From IMG/VR virus record IMGVR_UViG_3300028024_000006, positions 8,238 to 72,237 of that record: a DNA stretch of 64,000 bases. One strand, given 5' to 3'. Source of the DNA: a virus. Below, piece by piece: positions 1 to 10,344 of the stretch; position 1 is the first letter of the stretch, and every line of letters starts with the position of its first letter. The notes beneath the pieces were generated by a model. That model was given only the letters and a program-made list of their open reading frames with translations. It made no database searches and had not been told where the DNA came from. The position numbers and the translations under genes are program-made.

Positions 1-3000
1 TTCGGTGAAAACCGGCTTCGGCATGCGCAGCAGTTCATAGTCCTTCTGCGTGGCCGGATCGTAGCCGTACAGCAGGCCCGTCGTGCCGCCGCGCTTGCTA
101 CCCTTCGTGACGACAAGCAGCTTGTTCTCGTGCTCGACAAACGAGCCGATAGCGACCAGCGCGCCCGTCACGATCTGCGCTTCGCCGCGCTTGAACGCTT
201 CGAGTGAATCCGCTGAATAGCCGTCTTCGGCAATCGTCAGGAACCCGCGTTCCGACTCTTCGCGCATCCGCGACTGGATATTGAAGTCCTTTTTCCAGTT
301 CGCAAAGGCGACCGTCTTGCGTTCGTCGTCGGTCAGCGGTGCCCACACGTTGCGCGGGGAGGGGACGCGCCCGTTCGTTGCGAGCCCGGCAATCACGCCG
401 AGGGCCGTATCGAATTGCGCGCTCAGTTCGCCGATCTGTTTGCCCAGGCGCGTGCGCATGAGATCCGATTCGGTTTCATCGCGGCGGCGGTTCAGTTCGG
501 CGATTTTCGCGGTCGTGATGTTGAGCGAGGAAATCTTCGTATTGACCCACTGGTTAAAGCCTTTACGCTCGTCGCCGTCGCTATCAATGCCGAACTTGCC
601 AAGCCATTGTGCGGCGGCTTCAATCGTGCGCACGTTCTGCAACTGGCGCACCTTCGCGGCGGCGACCTTCTCGCGCTTGTTGCGGTTTGCGATTTCGTCA
701 TTGATGCGATCCATCGCCCCGGCGTCGCCGACCGCGCTCGCGAGCAGTTCGTAATCGGCGGCGGTCATGTCGCCTTCGATCTTGATCTTGCTCGAATCGC
801 CCTTCATGAGCGCGCCGATCCAGTCGGCCTTGATGCCGACCAGCTTGCGCTTGTAGGCGTCGAACGTGCCGTCGGCGTCATAGTGGTATTCCATGACGCG
901 ATCAATCGGGTTGCCCTGACGCACGCCGCGCCCGTTGCGCTGATGGATCGAGTCCGGCGTCCATCCAATCGTCATATGGTGGATTGCCTGCGTGCCTTTT
1001 TGCAGGTTGATGCCGACTTCGGCCTTTTTGTTGGCGATGATGTATTCATACTTGTTGTCTTCGCCGTCGGCGTTAAAGCCGTCCTGCACGTCCTGCATAC
1101 CGGCCACGTCCACCGATACGGCATTCACGATCTTGATTTTCGACGGGGAGATACCGACGCCCTGCGCGATGGCCAGGCGGATTTTGTGATGCAGGCCCAG
1201 TTCGTCACAGAAAATGATCTGTTTCGCGTGCCCCATATGGCGCGGGTAGGCGGCTTCCTTCTTTACGTTGTCGAGCACCGCCGCGAGCTTCGGGCTCACA
1301 TTGATGCCCGGCGAAATGCCGTTCGCGTCGAGCAGCTTGAGCAGCACGTCCTGCGTCTCGAAGTCGGTAGAGAGCAGTTCAATCGCGCTACCGCTCGCGG
1401 CCCGGCGCGCGCGGATCGTGATGATGAACTTGCTGATCGCTTCGCCCGTTTCCGTGTCCTTGACGACCTTCACCGTCACGTCTTCCGGCGCAGCGTTCGG
1501 GTCTTCGTAGTCGCGCAGTTCCTTGATGTTCTTTTTGTTGAACACGTCGATAGCCTTGACCGCTGCGGCTTCGTCGGCGCGCTCGAACTTGAACGTCAAG
1601 ATGCCCGCATCGAGTTCCGGGTCGTTGATGACCTTCGTCATCTTGCGAATCAGGTTGAACGGGGAGGCCGCGAGCTTTTCTTCGGGGCTCGCACCGCCGC
1701 CCGCCTTCAGCACCGCCACCGCATCAAGGTACTGATCCTTGTAGTCGATGATTTTGGCGTAGGAGTCCGCGCCGATATCGACGCCGGTCGCAATCAGTTC
1801 GCTTTCCGGCACGCTGATATTGATGCCATCCGCCTTGACGTCTTCGGCGGTCTTGATGACGGCGGACGTTTGCAGCAGGCGGCGCAGGAGCCCGGCATTT
1901 TGCAGACCGGTAAAGACGCGTACCGGGCGCAGGATGCCAACGATGTTTTCCTCTTCGCGCTCGTCAATATCGCAGGCAGCGGCCATGAATGAGTCCGCGC
2001 CGGTCACGCCGTACATGGCATTCACTTCGGCTTCGCCCAGCGCCAGCGTGAGCATCGAATAGACTTCGAGCGGCGAATTGGTGACAGGCGTCGCGGTCAG
2101 CGAAATCACGCCGTCATTGCGCGCGGTCAGGCCCCGGACGTACCAGGCTTTCGCCTGCATATCCATGCCGCGCTGCGACTTGGCCGGATCGGCGAGGTAC
2201 TTCGCGCCCTTGAATTCCGAAGACGTGAGCTTCGAATTCTTGTAGTTGTGCGCTTCGTCAAGCACGAGCGAATCGACGCCGAGGTCTTCAAAGAAGGGCA
2301 GCGCGCCCGACTTCACACCCAAATCCTTGACCTTGCCCGCCTGCGCGTCGGCGGCGATGTTCGCGCGCTTGCTCTGCGCTTCCTCTTCGGCGAGTGCGTA
2401 GGCGTCGTCGTTTTCCGTCAGGTACGCAATATACGACTCCATCGTTTCATCGCGCAGCGGAATCAGCTTGAACGCTTCGAGCGTCATGAAAATCTTGCTA
2501 TGACGGTTCTCGCGGATCACATTCAGGTCGATCTTGACCTGCGCGTTATCCACCTTGTCCTTGCCGTTTTTTCCCGCCACCACGCCCACGAACAGGCAGT
2601 CGGACGTGTCGAGGTACGCCTTGCCCGCTTCTTTCTTCCAGTTCGTGAGGGTCGCATTCGGGACCACGAAAAACGTTTTCTTTTTCGCACCGATGGACTG
2701 GACATAGGCGGTCGTGGCGAGGGCCGTCAGGGTCTTGCCGAGCCCGACGTCAAAACCGAGCACGCCGCCGAACGAGCGCCCGTAGCGGCGCGCCGCCGCG
2801 TACTGGTACGCATGCGGCTTGAACGTTTCCGTATTCAGGTTCGGGATATCGAGCGGCGTGCCGTCCGGCTCTTCGATAAAGCGAAGCGCGTTCGGGTCAT
2901 TGAGCTTCTGATGTAGTGCCGCCTGCACTTCCTCATTGGCGCGCGCCCACGAATCGAATTGCGCCTTGGCCTTGTCGGCAATTTCCTTGATACGGCGCAG

Positions 3001-5421
3001 CAGGGCGGCTTCGGCGGCCGGATCGGATTCGACGTCCGCCGACTTGCTCATGGTCGTGATGTTCTGGTTCTTCAGGTAGCCCTTGACAAACCGTTGCATC
3101 GCCTTGTGCGCGGCGCGGTCTTCCGCGCTCGCATACTTCGGAACCGACCCCTGCTTGATATCGAATTCGTCGCCCGAAATGATGATATCCGGCGATACAT
3201 AGGTGCGCAGGAATTCGAGCTTCTGAAGCATCGAGACGTGCGGCGTGAAGAGGTTGAACGTCATGGTGGAGACGTCCACCACGTTGATACGCTCTTTCGC
3301 GCGGTCCATCTGGCGCACGATCTTTGCCCGGACGTCCGGGTCCGTCGCCGCTTCGAGGTCGGCTTGCGACTGCTTCAGGAACCCGCCATATGTGCCCATG
3401 TAATAGTCGTTCGCGTGAATGACGCTCTGCCCATCCGCACCGATACACCACTCTTCCGATTCGAGCGGGTCGAAGTCCGTCAGCGCTTCGCGCAGCTTCG
3501 AGACCGGCACATAGCCGGTTTCGTCTTCGCTCTCGTAGCGGATCTTTTCGTAGAGTTGCGTCGGCGTGAGGGCCTTCGTCTCGACGTTGGCGCGGATTTC
3601 GCCGAGCCAGAAGGGCGTGAATTCGCCCTTGATGCGCGCGTTGCGGATCGACAGCAGCGCGTCCTTGACGAGTCGAGAGCCTTTCGCGATGGTCTTGTTG
3701 CCGTATGCCTGGCACTTGGCGAGTTGCGTCGAGAGCAGCGGGTAGGCGGACTTGTAGTCAAACGGTTCCGACGAATCCGCCGCCTGCATCAAGTCCATTG
3801 CGGCCATGCCCGCCGTGATGGCTTCCCACCACGGTTGCATGTCGCCTTCGCCGAGCGTTTTGACGGCCTTGCTTGTCGCGGTGAGCCACGGCTGAACGTC
3901 GGCATACTTGCCCATTTTCAGGGTGTAGTCGATATACGCATCGGCCTGCGCCCACGTCACACCCGCATTGACGGCATCGAGCGGGCTATTGACCTTCTGC
4001 CCAAGGTCGAGCATGGCGCGGTCGTCGGCGACCTGCGAATCGAGCGCGTGCCACTCGCCATCGCGGTATTCGAGCGTCTGGCCGCCCTGATGGATCACGT
4101 CGCCATCGGCGTAGACAATCGGCGCGGTTTCGGTCGCGTTCAGCAGTTCCCAGTCGATATGCGAGTGCGGGAAGCGCTTGAGCAGCTTCGCGATGTTGCC
4201 GATGGAGTCGTCATTGATGACCTTCTCGACTTCGCCGAACTTGCTCATGCCCATCGCGGTTTCGCCGAGCACGTACTTGCGGCCTTCGCCCTTGAAGTAC
4301 TGGCCGTCGAGGAATTCCGGCCACAGCACACGCGCTTCAGTGAGCACAGCGGGGTTCTGTTCCTGCAATTCGGTGATGCGCTGCGCGGTCGCGCGCGAGA
4401 ACTTGCGGAACACGATCACGTCGGTAATCGTGTCGGCGGCAGCGGACTCGGTAAAAATCTTGTTCGGCAGGCGGTACGCGCCGACGAATTCGGCCATGAG
4501 TGACGCTTCGAGCCGCAGCTTGCACGACTTCGCGCCCTTGCCGCCCACGATGGACGGCGGCACGATGAACGCGGCGAGCCCGTTAGGCTTGAGCTTTTGC
4601 AGCGAGCGCAGGATGAAATATTCCTGAAGGTTCCGCTTCTGGAAACGCTTGTCTTTCTGCGCGTTATCACCCCGCATGGCGAGGTCGCCGAACGGGACGT
4701 TGGTGACGACCGCATCATAGATTTCGTCCGGCGTCGCGGCGGCAATGGCTTCGAACGGCGAGACGGTTGTATTGACGGTCGGGCCGTCATTGATGGCCGC
4801 GTTGATCGCGCCGCTCGTTTCGTCCAGTTCGATCTGCGTCATAACCGCGGTCTTCGGGCGCGTGGCTGTAAAGATTCCGCTACCCGCCGACGGGTCGAGC
4901 ACAGAGCCGCCCGCAAAGCCCAGTTCGCCGAGCAGCCCCCACACGCCTTCGGCGATAGGCTTCGGGGTGTAGTACTCATGCGGGGAGCCCGTGAGGCCGT
5001 CAGCGCCCGTAAGACCCCCGCCGTTGCCGCTGTACTTCGCGAGGATGGCGCGCTCTTCGTCGGTCACTTCGACGTCGCCCGCCTGAATCCGGCGCAGCAG
5101 GGCAATCGCGGCGTTGTTGTCTTTCTGCCGTTGCGTGACAGTCTTGCGGCCTTCGTCCGGGTAAAACTCTGCGGTTGGTTCCGCGCGCACGGCAGGCGCG
5201 GCAGCGGGGGCGGCGACAGATTGAGCGGGAGGGCGATTGCCCAGTTCGATGGCGATTTCGCGGATGCGCTTGCCGATCTTCAACGCGCGGATCATGTCCG
5301 CCGTGTCGGCAGTGAGCGATGCACGCTCTTTGACGAGCATCTTGCCTTCGCGCGCGAGACGCATACGCGCGAGGTCGGACGCCATCATATTCGTGGCGTC
5401 ATCAAGGATTAGAGTGGTCAT
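1..5421 (-). CDS. darB: DarB-like defence-against-restriction protein: N6-adenine methyltransferase + SNF2-type helicase; C-terminus runs off the window
   Basis: Missing from the ORF track (no stop in window). Spot-translated from ATG 5421: MTTLILDDA...HEYYTPKPIA...VLDPSAGSGIF...VVTNVPFG (MTase motifs), then GGVLGFDVGLGKT and DEAHNYKN (helicase motifs I and II). Adjacent to DarA. Confidence 0.88.
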   Translation of the reverse strand, partial: MTTLILDDATNMMASDLARMRLAREGKMLVKERASLTADTADMIRALKIGKRIREIAIELGNRPPAQSVAAPAAAPAVRAEPTAEFYPDEGRKTVTQRQKDNNAAIALLRRIQAGDVEVTDEERAILAKYSGNGGGLTGADGLTGSPHEYYTPKPIAEGVWGLLGELGFAGGSVLDPSAGSGIFTATRPKTAVMTQIELDETSGAINAAINDGPTVNTTVSPFEAIAAATPDEIYDAVVTNVPFGDLAMRGDNAQKDKRFQKRNLQEYFILRSLQKLKPNGLAAFIVPPSIVGGKGAKSCKLRLEASLMAEFVGAYRLPNKIFTESAAADTITDVIVFRKFSRATAQRITELQEQNPAVLTEARVLWPEFLDGQYFKGEGRKYVLGETAMGMSKFGEVEKVINDDSIGNIAKLLKRFPHSHIDWELLNATETAPIVYADGDVIHQGGQTLEYRDGEWHALDSQVADDRAMLDLGQKVNSPLDAVNAGVTWAQADAYIDYTLKMGKYADVQPWLTATSKAVKTLGEGDMQPWWEAITAGMAAMDLMQAADSSEPFDYKSAYPLLSTQLAKCQAYGNKTIAKGSRLVKDALLSIRNARIKGEFTPFWLGEIRANVETKALTPTQLYEKIRYESEDETGYVPVSKLREALTDFDPLESEEWCIGADGQSVIHANDYYMGTYGGFLKQSQADLEAATDPDVRAKIVRQMDRAKERINVVDVSTMTFNLFTPHVSMLQKLEFLRTYVSPDIIISGDEFDIKQGSVPKYASAEDRAAHKAMQRFVKGYLKNQNITTMSKSADVESDPAAEAALLRRIKEIADKAKAQFDSWARANEEVQAALHQKLNDPNALRFIEEPDGTPLDIPNLNTETFKPHAYQYAAARRYGRSFGGVLGFDVGLGKTLTALATTAYVQSIGAKKKTFFVVPNATLTNWKKEAGKAYLDTSDCLFVGVVAGKNGKDKVDNAQVKIDLNVIRENRHSKIFMTLEAFKLIPLRDETMESYIAYLTENDDAYALAEEEAQSKRANIAADAQAGKVKDLGVKSGALPFFEDLGVDSLVLDEAHNYKNSKLTSSEFKGAKYLADPAKSQRGMDMQAKAWYVRGLTARNDGVISLTATPVTNSPLEVYSMLTLALGEAEVNAMYGVTGADSFMAAACDIDEREEENIVGILRPVRVFTGLQNAGLLRRLLQTSAVIKTAEDVKADGINISVPESELIATGVDIGADSYAKIIDYKDQYLDAVAVLKAGGGASPEEKLAASPFNLIRKMTKVINDPELDAGILTFKFERADEAAAVKAIDVFNKKNIKELRDYEDPNAAPEDVTVKVVKDTETGEAISKFIITIRARRAASGSAIELLSTDFETQDVLLKLLDANGISPGINVSPKLAAVLDNVKKEAAYPRHMGHAKQIIFCDELGLHHKIRLAIAQGVGISPSKIKIVNAVSVDVAGMQDVQDGFNADGEDNKYEYIIANKKAEVGINLQKGTQAIHHMTIGWTPDSIHQRNGRGVRQGNPIDRVMEYHYDADGTFDAYKRKLVGIKADWIGALMKGDSSKIKIEGDMTAADYELLASAVGDAGAMDRINDEIANRNKREKVAAAKVRQLQNVRTIEAAAQWLGKFGIDSDGDERKGFNQWVNTKISSLNITTAKIAELNRRRDETESDLMRTRLGKQIGELSAQFDTALGVIAGLATNGRVPSPRNVWAPLTDDERKTVAFANWKKDFNIQSRMREESERGFLTIAEDGYSADSLEAFKRGEAQIVTGALVAIGSFVEHENKLLVVTKGSKRGGTTGLLYGYDPATQKDYELLRMPKPVFTE

Positions 5422-5454
5422 TTATCGCCGGGGAAAGAGTTAGGCCGCACTCTG

Positions 5455-5496
5455 ATTTTCGAGTGCGGTTTTGCTCTTCTTGCCCGGCGTTTTCCT
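5455..5496 (-). promoter_or_regulatory. Putative late promoter (AGGAAAA-N29-GAAAAT) upstream of darB
   Basis: Motif and exact 29-nt spacing shared by 8 sites. Confidence 0.7.
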
Positions 5497-5532
5497 AGCT
5501 CTGACGGGCCTTGCAGCCCGCATGGAGCCCGC

Positions 5533-8500
5533 TTAATTCAGCGACTTGGACATTTCATCAACGTAGGCATTGATCGCAGCACGGGCCGCGTCCACCACCG
5601 CCGCATCGTCGCCGTACTTCTGGACAATCGCTTCGATGCGTTCCGACGGGTCGTTCGTCCACATGTCGATACGGCCTTCGGTGACGTCGCTCAGGAACGC
5701 GAGGTCAGCGGCGCGCAGCGGGTCGTCACCTTCGCCAGCGGCGGCGGGCACTGCGTTCGTACCTTCCGGTAGCGGCTGATCGACTGGCACAACCGGATCG
5801 ACGGCGGTCGAATCGAGTTCACCGGGCCACTCTTCGGCCATGACCGAGGTCACTTCGGCGGTGAGGTCCGGACGGTTCGCGATGATCCAGTTCGCGAGGG
5901 CGGCGCGCGTCACGCCGTCGATGTTGTCGGCGGCGAGCGAGTTGAGCACGCGATAGACGTCCACGCGGCGAAGTTCCGCGATGCTATCGGCAGAGACCTT
6001 GATGTAGTTTTCCATATCGACAGGGGCGGCAGGTTGTGCGCTTGCAGGCGCGGGTTCAGGGATTGGCTCAGGTGCGGGTTCCGGCGCAGCAGCAGGCACG
6101 AGTGGGGCGGCTTCCGGCTCGTCGGTTTCGGGTTGCCAGTCCGGGTCTTTCAGATAGCCAATCGGTGCGGCTTCCCAGTACAGGTCGAGTTCGACACCGT
6201 TGCGCACGAGTTCATCAATGCTGATATAGCCAATTTCGGCATCGTCGCGGCGTCCATTCAGGACCGCGAGGCCAAAAGCCTGCTTAGTCCCGTTGCCGGT
6301 CTTGTCCTTTTCCGTGATGTAGAAGTCAGAGCCGCCACTGAAATAGTGCAGGTATGCGACAGCGGAGAGGCCCTTGCCGTCCTGTTCGTAGGTCTTCGGC
6401 ATCATGTCGATAACGCCCGCCCACTCAATGGCCTTGTCGATGAAATGCTGGCCTTCCTCGCCCGCCATCATTTGCCCGATCACGCGGCGTTGCGCGCTTG
6501 GCATGAATGCGGTGAGGCGTTCGAGTGCTTTCATGCCCTTGCCGCGCGATGCCTGGCTGACCGGCTCCGGCTTCGCGTTGATGGCCGCCTGCCAGCTTTC
6601 GGCGCGGTCTATGTATTCCTGCGGGCTCGCTTCGAAAGCACGCATGGCAATGCCGACAGCGCCCGCGTTGGTCGAGCGCTTCGCATTCTTGAACGCGATT
6701 ACGTCTTCGTCGGAATATAGCTTCCAGCCCTTTGCGAGCGGCTGATATCCATTGTTTTCCGTGACGACCTTTCCATCGTGAACAAAGCCGGTATAAGGCC
6801 CGAGTTGCGCGAATTGCAGCTTGGGCGGCGCGGCTTCCGGCGCGATGCGCGCGTTGGCGGCGTTGGCCGTGTGCCATGCCTTCGTGTAAGCCGTCAGTAT
6901 GTCGTTGGTGCCGCCGCCCACCGGCAGGCCCGCAATCAACGGCATAACAGCGGGGTTGAGGGCAGGGGCCGAGCCAAGGCCGTCGGCGAATGCCTGCGCG
7001 CCCATTTCGGCGGCGCGCGCGATGCGCTCTTCGACGCTCAGGCCCGGCGCGGCTTCGGGTTCCGGCGTCGGCGCTTGGTACGCCGTGCTTGCCGCCCATT
7101 CCATCGTGCGGGTATTGAACGCGAGCGCAAGGTCATGCGCCGTGCCGTCGCGCGTGTCGATATCGAACACCGTATCAAAGCCGGACATGAGCGCGAGGTA
7201 ACGCGCAGTGTCATCGAACTGCGCGAACACGTAGCGATTGCCTTCCGGGTTAAGTTCGCCAGACGTGTCGCCGCCGCCTACGTCCTTTTTCACAGTGCCG
7301 TGTTCGGTCTTGATCCAGCCCAGGTCAGCCAGCGCGTCGAGCACCTGTTCGGACTTATGGGGCGGCTCGACGTAGACCGGCGCGGCCCCTTCCGGCATAC
7401 CCTTGGCGGCGAGCGCTTTCAGTTCGCCGTAGGTCTTGCCCTTGTTCAAATCTGCGAGTTGCGAGCCAATGCTTTCGTCGCGTTCCTGCGCGGACATTTC
7501 GAGGTAGGCAGGCAGGTACTCTGCGTCGATAGTTTGCAGAGCCATCGCGATTTGAGTCGCCTTGTCGGCGGCGAACACAGCCACCGCGCCGTTACTGCGG
7601 TTTTCAGTGATCGCTTGCGCCGCGCCTGCGTCGGACAGGTCGATAAGTGCGTAGAAGCGGCCTTCGAGCATTGGGCCATTGTCGAGCACCGTATCGCCGA
7701 CGAGCGGGCGCGGGGCGTTCATTACGAGCCAGCGAGAGGTATCGGCTATGCCATCGAAGGGCACTTCGGCAGATACCACGCCGGGCAGCGAATCGATGTC
7801 TACGGCGGCGGGCGCAGCAGCTTCCGGCTCTGCGGCAACTGCGACGACGGCGGCTGCATCCGGCTCTGCAAGCGCGGCGAAAAGGTCGTCAGCGGACGCG
7901 GCCACGGGGGCAGGCGCTTCGGCGACCGTATAGCCTGCCTCGCGCAGTTGTTGAATCGTGCCTTCTACCTGCGCATGAAGCACCTTGCCGGTGCCGTCTG
8001 TCTGTTCCGCAATGCTCTTCCATGCTTCCTGACCGGCAGCGGTCTCCGGGTAGAACGCCGTGAACATGTCATCCACCGCGCGATAGGTGATATCCGGCGC
8101 TCCATCGGCAGCAGGTACGGCAGCGACCGCTTCCGGGTCGATACCGACAGGCGTTTCGATGACCGGCTCAGGTTGCGGCACGACGACGGCGACCGGTTCG
8201 AGCGGCAGTTCCGGTTGCGCGGCGGCGGCAGCGGCGCGGGCGGCTTCTTCGGCGGCAATGCTCTCGCGCAGTGTCGCGAGGTAGCCGAGGCTCGTCTGAA
8301 TGTCGTCCGGGTGCATCTGCTTGAGCTTCGCGCGCAGGTCGTATTCATCGAGCTTGTCGCCGCCAGCAATGGAGGTCGGCTCATAGATCGCCATCTGACG
8401 CAGGTCTTCGAGGGAGAGTGCGTCAATCTGCGCATCGAGCGCGGCCTGAATGGCGTCGAGCGTGGCGTTGTCCTGATTGTCGATAGCGGTTTGCGCGACG

Positions 8501-9801
8501 GTCTTCTCGTCCGGCTCCATCGCAGCGGCAACCTGCGTTGCCAGCGGCACTTCCGGCTCTGCGGCAGCTTGCGGTTCCGGGTCTGCGGCCTTCGGCGGCT
8601 TCGTGGCGACCTTCACTTCGAGGTCTGCGATTTCAGACAGCAAGCCATTAAGGGTTTCGGTCTTCGTCTCGAATTCGCCCTTCAGCGTATCAATGGCTTC
8701 CATGACGGCGGCGCGCTTGGCGTTGGCCGTCTGGAATCGAGCGCTGTTCTTCTTCGCCAGCATCATGACGCGCGCGGCGACGCTGCGAACGTTGAGGTCG
8801 CGCCCGCGTTCCGGCGCAACAACAATCGTCACGTCCTTTTTGTTGAGCATCCATTTCCACGATACAAGCTCGTCGCTGGGCATGATCTTGCCTGGCGTCA
8901 CGTCCGGGTTATGGAAAAAGATGGTCAGGGTTTGCCCGTCGGACAGCTCGAAAATCGCCGCGATGTTGGTCGTGCCGTTGCGCTTGAACGGGTCCGTCAC
9001 CTGCATCGCGAGTACGGACAGGTCGCCGCCCACGCGATTGAGCAGCTTTTGCAGGATCGCCATCTGACGTTCGAGCTTCCGGTAGGGCAGCACGAGCGCA
9101 TCGAGTTGGATCACGCCGTCCGAGTCTTCGAGAATATCGGCCATCGTCACGGCGTCAAAAATCAGCACGTCATCCTTGTCGTGCTCGCGAATGGCGTACA
9201 GCACTTGTGCGAGGGTTGCGCCCTTCGGTTGCGGTTGTTCCGCGCTATCCCAAAGTACCTTTTCCATAGCCTTGCGTTCCTCGTTGGGGAGTTGTTCCGG
9301 CGTGAGGGGCTTCGACAGGTCGCCGTTCGCCATCCACCACTTGAGTTGATCGACGGTGCAGGCCACGCAGCTATTGAGGCCCGGCCATCCCGGTTTGAAG
9401 TTGCTTAGATAGACCGATTCCGCCGTGCGCCGGTCTGGAAATCCGATCATGACCTTGTGCTCGTCCCACGCACCGCGCACGAACTGATTGATGACGAACA
9501 CCTGATCGATTTCAGGGTAGGGGCCGATGTAGCAATCCAGTTCGTCACCGTCCGCGCCGGTCACGCCCGCGAAGCCGCCGTAATGCGCGGTTTGCAGGTT
9601 CTCGCCGCTTGTGCCGTCGTCCGCCGACCATTTGCGCATCGAGCCGCGCGGGTTCTCGATCACGACCGGGATGCCCTGAAACGAGCCATGACCTTTCGTG
9701 TAGTCGTCCGTTTCGCGCTGCGCGCGCGAGGGTTCCGGCAGCGTGTTCATGCCGTATGCGCCCGCGTGGGCGGCTTCGAAAAGTCGCGTAAAGGAGTCCA
9801 T
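5533..9801 (-). CDS. darA: DarA-like polyvalent head protein: N-terminal inorganic-pyrophosphatase-like domain, DarA_N-like domain, Pro/Ala linkers, DarA_C-like domain
   Basis: IENPRGS..YG..GADGDELD (PPase-like); FELSDGQTLTIFFHNPD..WKWMLNKKDVTIVVAPERG (DarA_N-like); AYLHYFSGGSDFYITEKD..EIGYISIDEL (DarA_C-like). ATG 9801 chosen from the promoter position. Confidence 0.82.
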   Translation of the reverse strand: MDSFTRLFEAAHAGAYGMNTLPEPSRAQRETDDYTKGHGSFQGIPVVIENPRGSMRKWSADDGTSGENLQTAHYGGFAGVTGADGDELDCYIGPYPEIDQVFVINQFVRGAWDEHKVMIGFPDRRTAESVYLSNFKPGWPGLNSCVACTVDQLKWWMANGDLSKPLTPEQLPNEERKAMEKVLWDSAEQPQPKGATLAQVLYAIREHDKDDVLIFDAVTMADILEDSDGVIQLDALVLPYRKLERQMAILQKLLNRVGGDLSVLAMQVTDPFKRNGTTNIAAIFELSDGQTLTIFFHNPDVTPGKIMPSDELVSWKWMLNKKDVTIVVAPERGRDLNVRSVAARVMMLAKKNSARFQTANAKRAAVMEAIDTLKGEFETKTETLNGLLSEIADLEVKVATKPPKAADPEPQAAAEPEVPLATQVAAAMEPDEKTVAQTAIDNQDNATLDAIQAALDAQIDALSLEDLRQMAIYEPTSIAGGDKLDEYDLRAKLKQMHPDDIQTSLGYLATLRESIAAEEAARAAAAAAQPELPLEPVAVVVPQPEPVIETPVGIDPEAVAAVPAADGAPDITYRAVDDMFTAFYPETAAGQEAWKSIAEQTDGTGKVLHAQVEGTIQQLREAGYTVAEAPAPVAASADDLFAALAEPDAAAVVAVAAEPEAAAPAAVDIDSLPGVVSAEVPFDGIADTSRWLVMNAPRPLVGDTVLDNGPMLEGRFYALIDLSDAGAAQAITENRSNGAVAVFAADKATQIAMALQTIDAEYLPAYLEMSAQERDESIGSQLADLNKGKTYGELKALAAKGMPEGAAPVYVEPPHKSEQVLDALADLGWIKTEHGTVKKDVGGGDTSGELNPEGNRYVFAQFDDTARYLALMSGFDTVFDIDTRDGTAHDLALAFNTRTMEWAASTAYQAPTPEPEAAPGLSVEERIARAAEMGAQAFADGLGSAPALNPAVMPLIAGLPVGGGTNDILTAYTKAWHTANAANARIAPEAAPPKLQFAQLGPYTGFVHDGKVVTENNGYQPLAKGWKLYSDEDVIAFKNAKRSTNAGAVGIAMRAFEASPQEYIDRAESWQAAINAKPEPVSQASRGKGMKALERLTAFMPSAQRRVIGQMMAGEEGQHFIDKAIEWAGVIDMMPKTYEQDGKGLSAVAYLHYFSGGSDFYITEKDKTGNGTKQAFGLAVLNGRRDDAEIGYISIDELVRNGVELDLYWEAAPIGYLKDPDWQPETDEPEAAPLVPAAAPEPAPEPIPEPAPASAQPAAPVDMENYIKVSADSIAELRRVDVYRVLNSLAADNIDGVTRAALANWIIANRPDLTAEVTSVMAEEWPGELDSTAVDPVVPVDQPLPEGTNAVPAAAGEGDDPLRAADLAFLSDVTEGRIDMWTNDPSERIEAIVQKYGDDAAVVDAARAAINAYVDEMSKSLN

Positions 9802-9807
9802 ACGGCC

Positions 9808-9849
9808 ATTGTCGGGGGCGGGCCGCGCGCGCCGGTCACGCGTTTTCCT
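9808..9849 (-). promoter_or_regulatory. Putative late promoter (AGGAAAA-N29-GACAAT) upstream of darA
   Basis: Shared motif and spacing; -10 lies 6 nt before the ATG. Confidence 0.7.
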
Positions 9850-9865
9850 ATCGAATAAATATCGC

Positions 9866-9895
9866 TTGCGCACTCATTCGTGAGCGCATACTATT
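9866..9895 (+). promoter_or_regulatory. Early sigma70 promoter/operator copy 1 (TTGCGC-17-TACTAT containing GTGAGCGCATACTATT)
   Basis: Near-consensus -35/-10, exact 16-mer repeated 4 times, heads a + strand operon. Confidence 0.8.
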
Positions 9896-9929
9896 CATGT
9901 CAAGGCGATATCAACAACGGGGTAATGAC

Positions 9930-10298
9930 ATGGCAACCGCAAAAGCAGTGATCGACGCAATGACTATCGAGGGCAGTCTCGACTACTCGAATGCAAAGTT
10001 GCTCACACCCACCGAGCTTGAACAGTCCATCAAGTTCAAGGAACGCGGTTTCAAGGTCATGATCGCTATCCGGCTTGATGCCGGTATCGAGGGCGACCAG
10101 GAGCGTTGCTACAGCGATGCAATTGTTGGCGCAATCCAGATCACGCAGGCCGATGCGCTTGACTTTGCACGCCGCGCCCTGAGCGACACCCTCGTTGCGA
10201 AGGGCGCGCGCTTCCGCTGCTACGTGACCACGGGCAAGGGTTACGACCGCAAGACCATGACGGATTTCGTCCGGCGCACGCTCTGGATTTCGCAGTAA
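9930..10298 (+). CDS. Hypothetical early protein
   Basis: First ORF after promoter; protein-like composition. Confidence 0.65.
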   Translation: MATAKAVIDAMTIEGSLDYSNAKLLTPTELEQSIKFKERGFKVMIAIRLDAGIEGDQERCYSDAIVGAIQITQADALDFARRALSDTLVAKGARFRCYVTTGKGYDRKTMTDFVRRTLWISQ

Positions 10299-10344
10299 CA
10301 ACCGCGCCCGCTTCGGCGGGCAATCATGATGGAATGAGGAAACC

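Noticed and set aside
281-5412. Long + strand ORFs (415-1992, 2959-4503, 4597-5412)
   Set aside because: Antisense shadows of darB in GC-rich DNA; no motifs, while the - strand frame has clear MTase and helicase motifs
6778-9408. 876-aa + strand ORF
   Set aside because: Antisense shadow of darA
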